Assembly (NCBI RefSeq): GCF_036321535.1
Contig: NC_087437.1
Location: 24,740,001 to 24,804,000 of the forward strand
Reading direction: 5' to 3'
From: Camelus dromedarius
Taxonomy: Eukaryota
Length of the DNA: 64,000 nt
A model generated the notes under the pieces. That model worked only from the letters and a program-made list of their open reading frames with translations, made no database searches and was not told the DNA's origin. Shown here piece by piece: positions 35,726 to 48,986 of the stretch; the stretch's first letter is position 1, and each line of letters opens with the position of its first letter. Both the position numbers and the translations under genes were made by a program.

Positions 35726-38700
35726 AATTCTAATGTATAGACTAGATTTTTAAAACTCAAAGTTTACCTTTAAAATTAGTAGCACAAGGCACATAATTTT
35801 TGTTTTTGGTTGTCATGGACTAGATTGTCAGGCCATCTGATCAACCTATTAAAATATAAAGCAAAATTTTAACAGAATCTTCTCCTTACTTTGAAATCAA
35901 AATCCTGTGGCATTCTGGCTAATTAGTCTTAACAGGCCTGCTTTCTGCCTCCATTTGTTCCCTGCTTTTCCAGTGAAATGTTATTAAGGAGAATTAAATC
36001 TCAGCCCTCAAGGAAAAGAGGACACAGAAGAGAAAGTATCTACTTACTGAAGCATCCTCTATGAGTGAAGGAAACCACACTACTGTCTAATTCTGTAGGA
36101 GACAGATATCCTTTGCATCTTTTAACACACTCAGGTTGCCTAAAGGAATGAGAAAATAACATAAAAGTTTTGAATTCTGCAACTATGCATTCTAGTTGCC
36201 AAGAAGAAAATGACAAGATGTGGATATTCTAAAATTTATTTTGGTAAGTAATCTTAAAGAGGAAATCTTGTTAATAATAAATAAAATGAGATGCAATAGG
36301 AAAAAGTTATGATATTCCAAACTGTATTTGGTTGTTTAAATTGGGTTACATTATTTTGTTCTGAAGCTTGGTAGATAATGTTGTACTATTTCATTTAGAT
36401 TTCTTTTTAGAGAAACACATATTGGATATTTAAACACAAAGAATGCCTACAACACCCTGTTATATCATGTCTTCTTGACTCAAGAATGTTCTTTATTAGG
36501 TATGATAACTAGTGAATACAATCAGCCTTCGTCCCAATGAAAGTGAACAGCAGCCTAACGTCCGGCATACACCCAGGCTCAGGCTACTCCTTTCAGACAG
36601 GAATCGGATCGATCAGAAAAGACAAAGCCATGAAGTTAGCATTTTAAATGATTGGTCTTGTTCTGTTTTGTTTTGTTTTTTTTGTTTTTTGGTGTTTGGA
36701 CCTGTATTATATTACTTACTAACTGATTCTGGCTGTTCTGTGTTAATCTTCTGCAGGGTACTGGTGAAAATGTGTAGAAAGTAAAATGTGGTCTCCAAAG
36801 CAGTGTTACTCAAAGCATAATTTTTGGTTGAAAAGGATTGGTCTTTACTACACACCCCTCAACATGGCCACACTTTGTTAGGCCCAGGACTTTTTTTTTT
36901 GTAATCATTTTTGGTGATATTTGATTACTCTAGATTAGGGCAGGTCGAATTGCCACAACTGCAAAGGGTAATAGATAACCAAAACACCTGATCAGCTGTA
37001 AGGCTTGAATCCAGCCCTGACCACTGACCCCGGCCATCATGCTGGTCGCTTTTACTTCCCTGGTTAGAAGACCTGGTGTGGCAAATACCTTCACTGTCCT
37101 GCACTGCGCTAGAATGTGCCAGGCACTGAGGGACCTGGATGTCTACCATTGCTCCAGTGTCTATGGTTTTTCCTGGTGAATATTACCAAAACTGACTTAG
37201 CAGAAGGTCTACTGCTTGCTCAACCACCAGTCCTAGTTTGCACATTCCATGAGGCACTGTGGGATGACATTAGATAATCTAGAAGTAAGTTAGGTACCAA
37301 AACACTGGAGGAAAACATATTCCAAAGCAGGGATAGATCACACTCTATTATTGTGAATTTTCTGGGGCAGCTCTAATTCTAAATGTTCTATCTCTATCAC
37401 CCAAAATTATTGAAATATCTTAGAATATCCTGCATTTTTGGTGTCTGACATTTGTTCCAGACTACCCCTTTCACTGGAAGAGCCACGGAATCTTTTGTCA
37501 GACTATATGTCCCAATTTTGGGTTCAGAAAATAGGCCAATGTACTTTTAACTCAAAGTTACAGTGCAACAAATTTGGCACCTCTCATCAGAGTATAGAGG
37601 CTGAAGGCCTGCTGGACACTATGAAAGGGGAAAGTGGAAGAAAAACAGTTTCTGTATAAGGTCTATATTTAGTTCATATGTACCGATATCCCAAAAAAGT
37701 AGTAATTTAGCCCAGTTTTTTAATAGTTGAAGTGGTCGTTATAAGTCTTCCTGGTGAGTGTGCATTTCTCAGCGATATTTTCTTGTGGATTTTTAAAGAT
37801 GTGTTGTTTTAGTATCACAAGAGAAGAAAAATTTCACCTCAACAAGAAGCTGTTGAAATTCTTGAACCCATTTTTGTGTTTGTCTTTTTCCCTGGTGATC
37901 CACTAAACTTCAAAAATTATGGTAGACCATAGTCATTGCTATCATGCAAATGTGACCTTTATATCCTGTCAGACTATGAATGAGGGGTAAACCAACAAAA
38001 CCCCACTCACCTGGGCTCTGGCTGTTTCACAAAGAGTGTATATGGGGCTAACACTGCCTTGATGTGTCACTGCTTACCTACACAGCCAAACTTGCGTGAG
38101 GCACCTCCTCGCCAGTCTGCTTAATGAGAATCAAAAGCCAAAGAGATTTAGGTCAATGGAAACAATTTCTGCCAACCAAGTTCTTTTCCTCTTTTCCACT
38201 TTTGTCAATGTTAACCCAAGTAATTCCAGCATTATTGGTGTACATAATTAAGAAAAAAAAACCTGTAACCCTCATATTTATCTGTTTAATATACTCTGGA
38301 CTAAATGTTGCAACCATGCAATTCTGCCACTTTTCTTTTAACCAATCATTGTATTTTCCCTTAAATTTGTTTATATTACCTGCATAAACTGGATTATCTT
38401 ATTGATCACTGGTACTCTATAAAATGAGAGGATATCTGTATCCTTTCCTATAAGAAATATGCCTCAATGGTTAATGGTTAATGGACACAATTCTCCTTAG
38501 GTAAATTTTTAATTGTACTTGTAAGGAAACTGCATAGTAACTATATTTTAAAACTTCTTGAAAAAGTGTTAAAAAATTCTTAAAGGGAATGGCCACTTTA
38601 GGAAATAAGAAATGACGGCAGAAGATCATAATTATGTACGATTTGGTCCAAGAGCGATTCAAGTAATTGAGTACACATACAGTAGAAAAGGGAGAGTCAA

Positions 38701-39499
38701 TTAAATGAATGAGTTATTTAATTGCCAAACTTCTGGACTGAAAGGGACATCAAAGGGTCTAGATAACAGCTTACATTGATGAAGTGCAAATAGTTTGGTT
38801 GTTTCTCCAAGTTTTCTGTTTCTGATGGGGAAAAGAGAAAAGGTCTAGAAACTGACAAAGTGGTAGAAGAAGGCCTGTTTCAAGATTAGCAAGGCAGCCC
38901 CTTTTTAAGAGCCTCACTGCTTCATTAAAGCTAAATGCTAAGACAGGAGAAGGTCATCTATCAGAGAATCTGAATTCAAGTATGATGTAGGAGAAAGTAG
39001 GTGAAGAACTTCTGTAGCTGGTGGCTTGCTTAAAGTCATGGACAGGAAAAAGTAACAGGGTGTTTCAACTTCTGAGAGCTCTGTATTAAAAGCAAAGACA
39101 TACCAGGAATGGAAGGGAGTCTAACATTTAGTTAGTAAGCCATTCATTAACAGTTTAGTGAAGTAAAACTGTATATGCAGGCATTTGCATTTATTTAACT
39201 TGACGCTGTGGCTTGCCTTAGATACAGTAATAAGATGCCTAGGGTAGTGGAGACCATGTGGGATCACAAAACTGTACAGAAATTCTGATTCTGTTCTTTA
39301 TCAGTTGTATGATTTATAAAACAAAGACGATTGGCTATTGTAAGAAGTAAGTTCTTTATAACTGGCATACGAAGATAACTTTTATATATACATTTACTGT
39401 TGCTGAGTTAAAATGTCAGTAGGAAAAATTAGCTTGGGAGGAGACTCTGTCTGATAGTCTCACCTATTCATGCTGGACAAGGAAGGGGCAGGGGAGGCA

Positions 39500-39725
39500 G
39501 TGAACGTGTTTTGAGTGCCTACCATGTGCCAGGAACGGTGCTAGACACTTGATTACTCAAGTCTGGAATGTCTGTGAGATAGTTAATCTCGTTCCCATTT
39601 TGTAGGTGAAGAAACTGAGCTTCAGGGAAGTGATTTGTCCAGGTTTCAATGTTGATAGTTTATACATTTTAATTGAGAGTCAAACATAGATCTGCATGTC
39701 TTTAAAGGTCATGCTCTTTCTAGTC
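39500..39725 (-). mobile_element. MIR SINE
   Basis: ttgagtgcctaccatgtgccagg...cccattttgtaggtgaagaaactgag. Confidence 0.85.
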
Positions 39726-40039
39726 TATCAACTTCCTGATAAAAGCATACGAAGAAAAAAACTTTTTTCAGTCATTAAAGGAAAAGTCTAATAGATTACA
39801 GGTAATAATTCTCATGATGGTGGGTATTCAATTCCTCCAGCATTTTTTCTGCAGCTGTTTCTGGGGTCAATACTCTCACCCCCTCCTTCTCTCCTGCAGT
39901 TCCTAAATATTTGATAGTCATTAAATATTGGTTTAAATTTGAGTTGGTATGCTGACTCTTCCAGCAAGATTTTCATTTTCACTATTATTTCTGGTAATAA
40001 AAATGATTATTATTATTGGTAATAACTTTGAAAAGCTAA

Positions 40040-40255
40040 AATATGTCCAAAAATGCCTAGTAAAAAGCATATTGTGAGCTGCTTGTATGCATCAATTTAT
40101 TTAAACCTCATGATAACCCTTGAGGTGATTTACAATTGTCATCGATCTTACAGATATTGAAATTAAGGTTTGAGAGATTGCCCACATTCATACAGTTAGT
40201 GAGCAGTGGAGCTTGGATTTCTGATGCCAAAATCCTTGCTCCTGGGCACCAGCTG
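40040..40255 (-). mobile_element. MIR SINE
   Basis: atttaaacctcatgataacccttgaggt...ttacagatattgaaattaagg...ttgcccacattcatacagttagt. Confidence 0.75.
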
Positions 40256-40608
40256 TTCTGTTGGATGCCTAGAGATGATGAGTATCTTCTGTTAGCACGA
40301 CCGCGGGTGCAGCGTTCAGAAAATGTGGGAAACATATTAAGAACGAGCACCTTTTCAGGGCTCTTAAAAATATTAACCTAATGGTGACCCTCAAGTGGTC
40401 ATGCAATGTAAATTCACACGCACACACTAATCACAATATTTAAGGAAAGAACACGCAAGCAAAGTGATGTCTAGAACCCATTTTGTGAAATAATTTTCAG
40501 GACAAATTACATGTTAAATATTCAATGTGATATTTAAATATTTCCATTTCCATGTGAGATATATGTTTTGAAACCATATTCTAAATCTTCATCTAATTTC
40601 TGTTTCAG

Positions 40609-40656
40609 TGAGCAACAGAATACCCTCCATGAACAGCTGCAGCATCAGATTGATGG
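40609..40656 (+). other. Candidate 48-nt frame-preserving exon
   Basis: ctaatttctgtttcAG|...GG|GTAAGA; open frame EQQNTLHEQLQHQID. The product is not recognised. Confidence 0.3.
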
Positions 40657-41759
40657 GTAAGAGCCTAGATTCCTATTGACTAACGTAGAATGATGCCACG
40701 TATATGAGGGGAGCATCTGAGTTCAAAATTCTGCATGATCTCTGAATTTTTTTACTGAAGTCTGGCTTTGGATATCCAGCCACACTCTAGGAAGATACTC
40801 AGACACATTTTTGTTGTTGTTGTTTTTAGCAGAACATTTGGTATTTATTGGCAGAATGCATTAGTGATGATGTCCAGTAAAATTTAAGCCAAAAATGTGA
40901 TGGAGTATGAGTTTATTTTGTTTATGTCATTTTCTCTCTGCGTCCAAATCCAAAATACTGCTTCCTGCCTACAGTGGCATCTGAAAACATAATCACAGTC
41001 ACAGGATTTGAGAAATTTCAATGAATGATGAGCAGAGCATGAACAATAATTTAGAACAATGACATACTATAATGTGAAATGTATCTCCAAATATATAGGA
41101 AAAGCGACTTCACAAGAATGCCCTTTTTCTCTTTTTGTATTCAGTACAGTTGGAAAGAGGCATATCCTAATTCCATTTCTCAAAGCATAAGTGTACTCCC
41201 TCCTGAACTGATCCTTCCTCAGCAGGCTGATTTAGATAAGAAAACGAATAGGAGATAACTGAAGGGCTCCTCCAACCTTGAGCTTCAGAGATTGGAACTG
41301 GGAGAGCCCCATTGGGGCTGGGGAGCAATTCGGAGGCTGTTGAAATTCTCTGAACAGCTGTTCGGCTAGCACAGCTCCTGATCAGCGCCATGTGAACTGG
41401 ATCCCTTTACTGTCACCACGGCCTCCCTCTTATCATGTCCCTCCATTATCACCTGCCCCCTCCCCAGCTTGCTCTGTTAGCACTTCTACTCCCCTAGGAT
41501 GAAGGAATTCTTTCTTTCTCTCTCTCTCTCTCTCCCACCTCCCTCTGACTAATTCTTTCTCACCTCTCCCACATTTCCCCTCTATCCAAGGCTGCTGCCT
41601 CTTTCCCTTTCTTCCTTCTCTCATGGCTGTTTCTCCCAAACCAAATGGGTAGATTCTTTCTTTCCCTCCATCAAGCACTACTTTTCATAAGTTTCTATAC
41701 TTTTGATGGAAAGAACTGCTTGAGTATCTTAAACCATCAGGCTAGAAGTGCATTCTCTT

Positions 41760-42020
41760 CCATTGTGAAGGGGACTGGAAACAGAATTGGTTGAGAATAC
41801 AGGCTTTGCAATTCAACTAGAACTTGACTTACAGCTCAGTTCTGACACGCTGTTGAATGCAGTGCACGTTACTTCCTCCTCCTTAGCTCCCATTTCCACA
41901 TCTGCTAAGTGGGGATAATAGTTACCTTCCTAAAGGTTAGTATAAGGATTCAATAAACCGTTGTTATAAATGCACTTTATACACAATTGGAACAGAACCA
42001 GCAGGCAATGAAGAACAGCT
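41760..42020 (+). mobile_element. MIR SINE
   Basis: ctccatttccacatctgctaagtggggataatagttacc...aggattcaataa. Confidence 0.7.
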
Positions 42021-42539
42021 CCTGCTCTTCGTATACCATACCCGTTGATCAGATAGGACTGGTCCTGAGTCTTTGGCTTTGCTTAATTCTTGAAGTCTTC
42101 CCTCTTTGGCCATCTGGGGGAGCCTGTCTAGCTACAGGCATCTCATTCATTCATTCATTTGTTCATTCAGGAGCCTATTTAGAGGATATATTAGCTCCTA
42201 TCCCCAGGTACTTTTTGTCACTCTGCCATGGTCACAAAATTAATCCCTGCTAAACTGAGTCAATAAACTTTAAGACATTATTCCTTCTGAGACTATTTAA
42301 TGATCTAGAGCTGGGGGAAGGGGAAGAGGAAATAAGAAAGAGATAAGAAGGGTCTTCTATTCCCAAAGAGTAGATTTCTTGGTAATGGATCAGCTGTGTG
42401 GGCAGGAGAGCTAATCTGGGCCAGCAACTTCTCTTTGTGCTCACTGGCAAGCTTATTTCTAATATCTCACTTGCTTCTTGGCTGCAAATAACTGCAGTTT
42501 TTGTTGTGTATCAGTTGGCTGGGTGAGGTATCAGGAGAA

Positions 42540-43270
42540 TCAATGTGGTCCCAACACCATGCTAAATATATTTAAGTCTTTGTAAATCCTTTGTAATCTC
42601 ACTTGAGTCTTACAACATTTTCAGTAGGCATGTTACCAAGTCCAAGCTCATACTGCTCACCACACGACAGGCCAGTAAATTGAGAGACAAGTTGTTGAGG
42701 CAAAGATAGCAACTTTATTCAGAAAGTCAGATCACCAAGAAGATAGTAGACTGGTGTCCCAGAGAACCATCTTACCCAAGTCAGAATTCAGGCCCCTTTT
42801 ATACTAAAAGGGGAGGGGGTGTGGTTGGTTGTTGCAAACTTCTTGGTGTTGTAATCCTTTGTTCTTGCCACTGTCCATGAAGATCAGGCCATGACGTTCC
42901 CATAAACCTCCAATAAGACAAATGTTATTATCTGTTCTGCAACTTTTTAATCTGTATATGAATGGAAAAGCATTATACTCTTAAAGACCAGAGCCTTGAG
43001 AATGGGCTGTCCTGTATATTTCAGGCTATAGGCAACATTCTTTTACAAACGGTGCAGAACCAGCATGACTAAGCACAGGAAACAGAGCACAGGGTTAGAG
43101 AGAAAAGACCAGATCTAATATGGAGTCAGATTTGTTCTTCCCTATAACAGACATTTTTATTCCGATTTAACAGAATAGAAAATTGACCTTTAGAGAGGTT
43201 AAATAGCTTGTTTTAAGCCACTCAGTTAGTAGAAGACAGAGGTCTTTCTGATGCCTGAATTCTGGCTTCA
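42540..43270 (-). mobile_element. MIR SINE split by an ERV1 LTR
   Basis: atctcacttgagtcttacaac before the LTR; tattccgatttaacag...agagaggttaaatagcttg...cagttagtag after it. Confidence 0.65.
42631..43149 (-). mobile_element. Lineage-specific ERV1-type solo LTR
   Basis: TGTTAC...TAACA termini; minus-strand AATAAA (ctttatt ~42713) and TATA-like element (ttttata ~42797); TSD ggca/gaca. Confidence 0.75.
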
Positions 43271-43619
43271 CTGGCTTGCATCATACACGAACTCGTATCC
43301 ACACTGCCTGCAGTTGGAAGTTTCGAAACATCACAACTCTCTACATTCTTCACCCCTCCACTAACATTTCATTTATGTTCAGAGATAGATTTTTTTTTAA
43401 GTACCAAATAGATTGTCATCATCCTAAGCACTGCTTTGGAACCACTGTTTCCTCATTACAGTGGAGGGAAAAATTTCATGGAAGAGCCAAGAACCCCCTG
43501 CATTAGATTCTGATTCTTCTTCCACTTCTGCTTTGGCAGTGATGCTCTTCTGGTCTTCATTTTGTGTAAATGAAAAAGTGGATAAGAATGTTCTGTTTTT
43601 ATTGCATTTAACTATTTGT

Positions 43620-43622
<3 letters not shown>

Positions 43623-43657
<35 letters not shown>
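43623..43657. repeat. (TA)n microsatellite
   Basis: Directly visible. Confidence 0.95.
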
Positions 43658-43660
<3 letters not shown>

Positions 43661-44069
43661 TTTTCTTTTTAGAATTTACCTGATTTTCTTTAGGTACAAA
43701 TCCTAGACCAGAATTTATATCAGAGTTTTATTAAGGCAGGGGCAAAATGAACATCAATTTATGTTTCTATAGAATAATATACTGTGGGTATTTAAAAATG
43801 GGTGGGGGAAGGAATCAATTTATGACCTGTAACCTTAAAACATTATGCTTTTTTGCTTGGCCACATGAATGCCTACTATTTCAATTTGTGAGATGAGTTC
43901 AACCCACCTGATTGCATCCAAGCTCTACAAATCTATAGCATTTTGTGTAATTATGAACTGATGAAATTACAAGGGCCATAAAACACTGATTTTTTTTTTC
44001 CCTACTTGTACTATTTAGGTCAAAAGAGAAAGCACAGGTTCACACATCACCAGAAAAGAATGAAGATTT

Positions 44070-44385
44070 TAAGTCAGAAATTGCAAGCTACTGGACTTCA
44101 AGGTGAATCACACTAGTAGATATATGTGGTTTAACTTGCTCAGCGTTTTGGTTTGGGTTTTGATTTTTGCTTACATTAATTGTGAATACTTAGAAGTCAG
44201 TAGATTTCACATACAGATTCAGATTTCCAGGGTCACTTGAAACATTAAATGATTTCATAACAGTGGGCTGGGGAGCAGCAATTTCTGGCTTGCAGAGGGC
44301 ACACACCCTCCGGTTGGCCACAGTCCTCCTCTGGCTGATTTATATTATTTGCTTAACTCCTGGAGCATTTGAGGTTTTGATCCCA
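44070..44385. mobile_element. MER102-like hAT-Charlie element
   Basis: agatttcacatacagattcagatttccag...ctccggttggccacagtcc...gcatttgaggttttgatccc. Confidence 0.65.
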
Positions 44386-44827
44386 GTCTTCAGGAATAGT
44401 TTTCAGATGACATTTCCAACATATTCATCTTTGATCTACTTCCAGTTCACTTTATCTTATCTCCGGGTACCTACACCTTGTTCTCAGGATGGATACTCAG
44501 GAGATCACATGAGTGGGCAGACGGGGCTTCCAATCACAGGCACCAACCAACTAGAAAAAACAGAAGTCCCCACCGTGCAGCCAACAGGGTCTCCTGCTGG
44601 GCAACTTCAACTCTTTCGTTCTAGACCTTGGGGATATTGGGGGAGGCGCTTCAGCAGCCCAGGTGAAGGAGGGTACTCCAGTATGGATGTGCGTCACCAT
44701 TTAAGCAAATGGGACTGCTGTGCCGGTGCCTGCTGACTGGGGACCAGCCCTGCCTATGCTAGAGGCAAAGTGGGCAGTGTCTTTACCCTTAAACACACCC
44801 TCCACAAGTCTGACTCTGCACATTACC

Positions 44828-44856
44828 TGTGTGTGTGTTGTGTGTGTGTGTGTGTG
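44828..44856. repeat. (TG)n microsatellite, interrupted
   Basis: Directly visible. Confidence 0.9.
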
Positions 44857-45117
44857 GTTTACTTATTAGATTCAAGCTTTAAGAAGATAGTATAGAACGC
44901 TGCCACCATGTAGACAAGCCACAGATGTATTTTAAGTGGAGTGGATTGAATTATTTATTTATTCCACAGGCTCTGTAATGTTCATTGCCATATGATAAAT
45001 GAAACCAGGTTTGGTTTCCTTATGCTTATTTGATTTTCATACACTTATATTTCATACCAAGAAGAAAACCAATCCACAGTCATGCAGAAACATCTCTGAT
45101 TAACACATAAAGTGTAT

Positions 45118-45276
45118 GTGGGAGGGTAGGGTATAGCTCAGTGGTAGAGTGCATGCCTATCATACATGAGGTCCTGGGTTCAATCCCCAGTACCTCCATT
45201 AATACATACATACATACATACATAAATACATAAATCTAATTACCTCCCCCCTCAAAAAAACAACAAAAAAAGACAC
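45118..45276 (+). mobile_element. tRNA-derived SINE of camelid Vic-1 type
   Basis: gggtatagctcagtggtagagtgcatgc...gaggtcctgggttcaatccccagtacctcc; Pol III A box 45134-45144, B box 45177-45187; (TACA)n, ctaattacctcccc and A-rich tail; TSD acacataaagtgt/acacacaaagtgt. Confidence 0.85.
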
Positions 45277-47104
45277 ACACACAAAGTGTCTTAAACAAAC
45301 ATTTAACCTTTAAAACTGAAGTATAAACAGGAAGAGAATTCATAGATTTTTCTAATTGTGTTATCCTGCTGCAGACTCTAGCAGGCATTCTGTCTATAGT
45401 TACAACCATGAATACATACAGCAATTAATGCAGAGCCTAGGAAAATTAGTTTAAAAGTATAAGGTCATTTTCAGATCACTAGATACTGAAAGTACTTTTT
45501 ATTTCATCCTCTCCTATAATTTTAAGCTTTAAATTTTAAAAATACAGAAACAATGAGAAGAAATAATTGCTAGAGGAAATGTTTCTATTAAAATGGTGGA
45601 TTAGGGAGAAGGTAAAATTTTTCTGGCTGAATATAAATTTTCCGTGTATAATTAAAAAAGATCTTAAAATAATAGTAGAAGATTCTTCCAATAAAAACTA
45701 TTAAATGACTGGTTTTTGACACAAAAGATTTGGCTCAATCATTCCATGTGTAATGGTGCATAATACTTTCTAACTGAAACTTTTCAAGGAACTATATTGA
45801 GTCAAGAAATTTCTTTCTGTTTAGACAGTACTGTGAATAGTAATTGATACTTACCAGGGTTTAAGAGACTATTTCTCTTTGAAACAATGGATTTTCTTTA
45901 ACCTCTCTGCCTTTTGTAAAAAAATGTCTTTGGAACTGTTGGTGAGACCCATGCAATTACTGAATTGACTTTATTAATCAACTTTATTAAACAAATCTGC
46001 TGTGTTATTTCACATAAAAAAAAGAAAAGTTTACCTGAAATCTGAAATTTGATGACTTAAAAGTTAACTTTAAGAGAAAATGCAAGTAATGGATGCAAAG
46101 AATATTTTCTTTCAATGCACAGAGGATTTCATCTCTGAATAACTGTATACATACACTCATATTACCATTATGTCAAAGATTCTTGTGTTTGTTCTGTTAA
46201 AATGATCTATAATTTCAAAGTCTGGTTTACATAAAAAATGGATATTTAATTAGTCTTAAAAAACAACTATACAGTGGCACAAAAGTGTCTAAAAAAATCC
46301 TAATCAAATTAGAATTGCATCAGTGAAGGGTAGGTGTGGTAACCTGGCTGCAGTGGCCTGGTTTGGCCTCCTCTGCCCATCCTCCTCTCCAGAACGCTGG
46401 GCTGATTCCAGGGCCTTCAAGCCAGCAGAGTTGATTTGGGGTTGCTTGGCGAAGAGCTGCCAGCACTAAAATGATAGTAAAGCAGAGCTGAAACCAGAGG
46501 CTGTCCACAGTCAGTCGGATGGTGAGTCACACAGCAGGGGAGACTGGGGTCCCCCAGGCTGAGAGTCTGGAGGGATAGCGAGTTCAGAATCGGTGGCTTC
46601 TGTCATGGGAGTGTTTCTTTGAAGACTGAGAGCATAGCTTTGGCCGGTCTTAGAGTATTTAGAAATCGGGCCGTGACCAATTGCACCAAGAACATGGGCT
46701 TTTCCCTTGAGCGGAAGGTAAAATGTTCTCTTTTCTCCACACCTTGCAAGCTGATTGGCCACACATTCTCATGCGAATTTCATGACCATGCCCAGTCAGG
46801 TGGGGCCGTTTTACTCTAGTTGACAAAGACTTCTGGGTTAAGCAGACACTTCAGCCAAGCTCTCTGAAATTTTAAAGGGTCTTTGTAATACTATGGTGAG
46901 TCTTCAGCACATCCCCTTAAGCCTTGTGGTATACTGTGTTATCATCCGAGTGTCTTTTCAGCTGAAAAGTTATCGTCTATGCCAACAGACTAAATCCTAA
47001 AGATGTAATTTAAGCAGCACGTGGAGTTGCCAACATGCAAATCATCTTGGTTTTTTAAGAAAGCCAAGTTGTTTTAGATGAATAAAAGATTTTTACTCCT
47101 TGGA

Positions 47105-47312
47105 CTCAGTATCATATTGGTAGACACAACATAGGACTCAGTTAGAAGTCCTGGGAGCTTCTCCCGGATTGGTTACTTGAGCTTTGAACCTCAGATCTCT
47201 CCATTTGAAAATAATTCCTACCTTACAGACTTGTTGTAAGAATTAATAATAAGCTGGATGCATATGAAGAAACTTTATATACAATAAACACTATATGAAT
47301 GTCAAGTGGTAT
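47105..47312 (+). mobile_element. MIR SINE
   Basis: ctttgaacctcagatctctccatttgaaa...cctaccttacagacttgttgtaagaattaa. Confidence 0.7.
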
Positions 47313-47769
47313 TTAAAAAAAAGAAACAAAAACTTTTGCCTATAGGTAAAATCAGGAGCCAACGGGCTCAGGTCTTGATGGCGAGATGATTTCATGCCCT
47401 CTAAGAAAATTAGTTTCTTTACACTCTTGTTCTAAACAATCAAAATATCTAACTAATATCTAAGCATATGAAACATGCTTACTTTCTAAAGATTTCAAAC
47501 TGTAGAAATAAGGGAGGTGGATGTATTTACAGTATAAGTAATTGAACGCCTGGTTCCTGTCACACCTCTATGCCCACTACTTCTGTATGTCTTTCCCTGG
47601 GTTCTTTTCATCTCTCTATTCTTTCTATTTCTCTTAGCTCTCTAGCTTTTTCTTTTTTAAACACCTTTATTATGGCATGGTTCCTGTACAGTAAACTACA
47701 CATATTTCAGATAAACAATTTGATGAATTTTAATAGATGCATACTCTCTAGCTTTTTCTCATCATAACT

Positions 47770-48505
47770 TTGTCATATACCATGGATGTAATGACCGCTT
47801 AGATAACAAATATTCCTCAACCTGCATTTTTAGCTCAGAAATTTCTCCTAAACTGTAGAGTGATGTACATCTAGGTATTCACAGATATCTGAGCTCTGTC
47901 CTCCCTGCTCCCAAGCCCGTAAACATGTTCCTTTTTCTATATTCCATTCCTTGGTCACACTCCATTTACATCTCTTCTCCACTGGAGTTAGGGTATCTTT
48001 CTTAAATGCAAATCTGATCATATTAAGCCCTGGTTTTTTAGGCCCTTCTATTTTCCATCACCTTTAGAATTCATATCAGTTTATCTCTCCAAATGCAACT
48101 TCCATTGCTCCTCACGTTTACAGAACTGACTTGTGGTTTCCCAAACGTGTTAGCTGGTTTCTTGCCCTCACACTGCTGCTCATGCTGTTCTCTGTCTGGA
48201 ATGGCCTTTCTGATCTTGTCTGCTTAGCAAGCTCCTATTTCACATGCAGACAGTCAAAACGTCTTCTGTGACATCTGTCACAATGTTCTCTAAGAAATCT
48301 ACCCTACCGGTCAGCGCCTCCAAACACAGTTAATCACTTCTGTTATTGTACTTTGTACACCGCGTTGCAACTATTTGTTTATGTAGCCGTCTCCCTTACC
48401 AGAGTAATTCGAATATAAGGTCCTCGCCTTCCTCACCTGTGCACATGGCTCACAGCATAGCTCCTTATACACATGGATGTTTAATAATCTTTGTGGAGAG
48501 CAGTT
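47770..48505 (+). mobile_element. L2 LINE 3' region
   Basis: aaatgcaaatctgatcatatt...catgctgttctctgtctggaatg...gctcacagcatagc tail. Confidence 0.75.
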
Positions 48506-48769
48506 CAATGAAGTCTGCATCATCGTTACACACTGATCTCCGAGTCTGAGTTTATCTGGGCAGTGGAGAAATGTAGATGTGGAGAGGACATTACTTTTGT
48601 CTCTCACCTGTTCATGTGTGTTCCTCTGGAATTTATGTACTCTGTAAAGAGATTCTTTCCTGGGTGGAAAAAAAAAGATTTTTTCAGTAAATATTATTAA
48701 CAGCTTTTTCTACTATCAAGAAGTAATACTTAGAAAAATACTCATTGAATGTCATTTACAGAGAAAAAC

Positions 48770-48880
48770 CTCATTCATTCATTGAACACATGTTCTCTGA
48801 TCACTGCTGTCTGCTTGACACTGTTTTGAACATTGAGGATACAGCAATGAACAAGGCAGACCTAAATCCCCACCTTCACA
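48770..48880 (-). mobile_element. L2 3' tail
   Basis: tcattcattcattgaaca...gaggatacagcaatgaacaaggcagac. Confidence 0.75.
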
Positions 48881-48986
48881 GAAAGAAAGAAGAAAAGAAA
48901 GGAAGGGAGGGAGGGAAGGAGGAAGGGTAGGAGGAAGGTAGAAAGAAAGATAGGAAGGAAGGAAGAAAAAAGAAAGAAAAAGAGAA
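48881..48986. repeat. GA-rich low-complexity polypurine tract
   Basis: Degenerate (GGAA)/(GAAA) repeats. Confidence 0.85.

Noticed and set aside
36196..36249. 48-nt exon candidate before G|GTAAGT
   Set aside because: The acceptor is weak, two of three frames have stops, and the remaining peptide is uninformative.
44263..44736. 157-aa plus-strand ORF
   Set aside because: It starts at a non-ATG codon inside a MER102-like repeat, with no recognisable homology or splice context.
45125..45197. tRNA gene
   Set aside because: A and B boxes are present, but the SINE body, A-tail and TSD show it is a tRNA-derived SINE.
45847..45858. U1 snRNA 5' end (ATACTTACC)
   Set aside because: Only 9 nt match, with no continuation; it is just a reverse donor-like motif.
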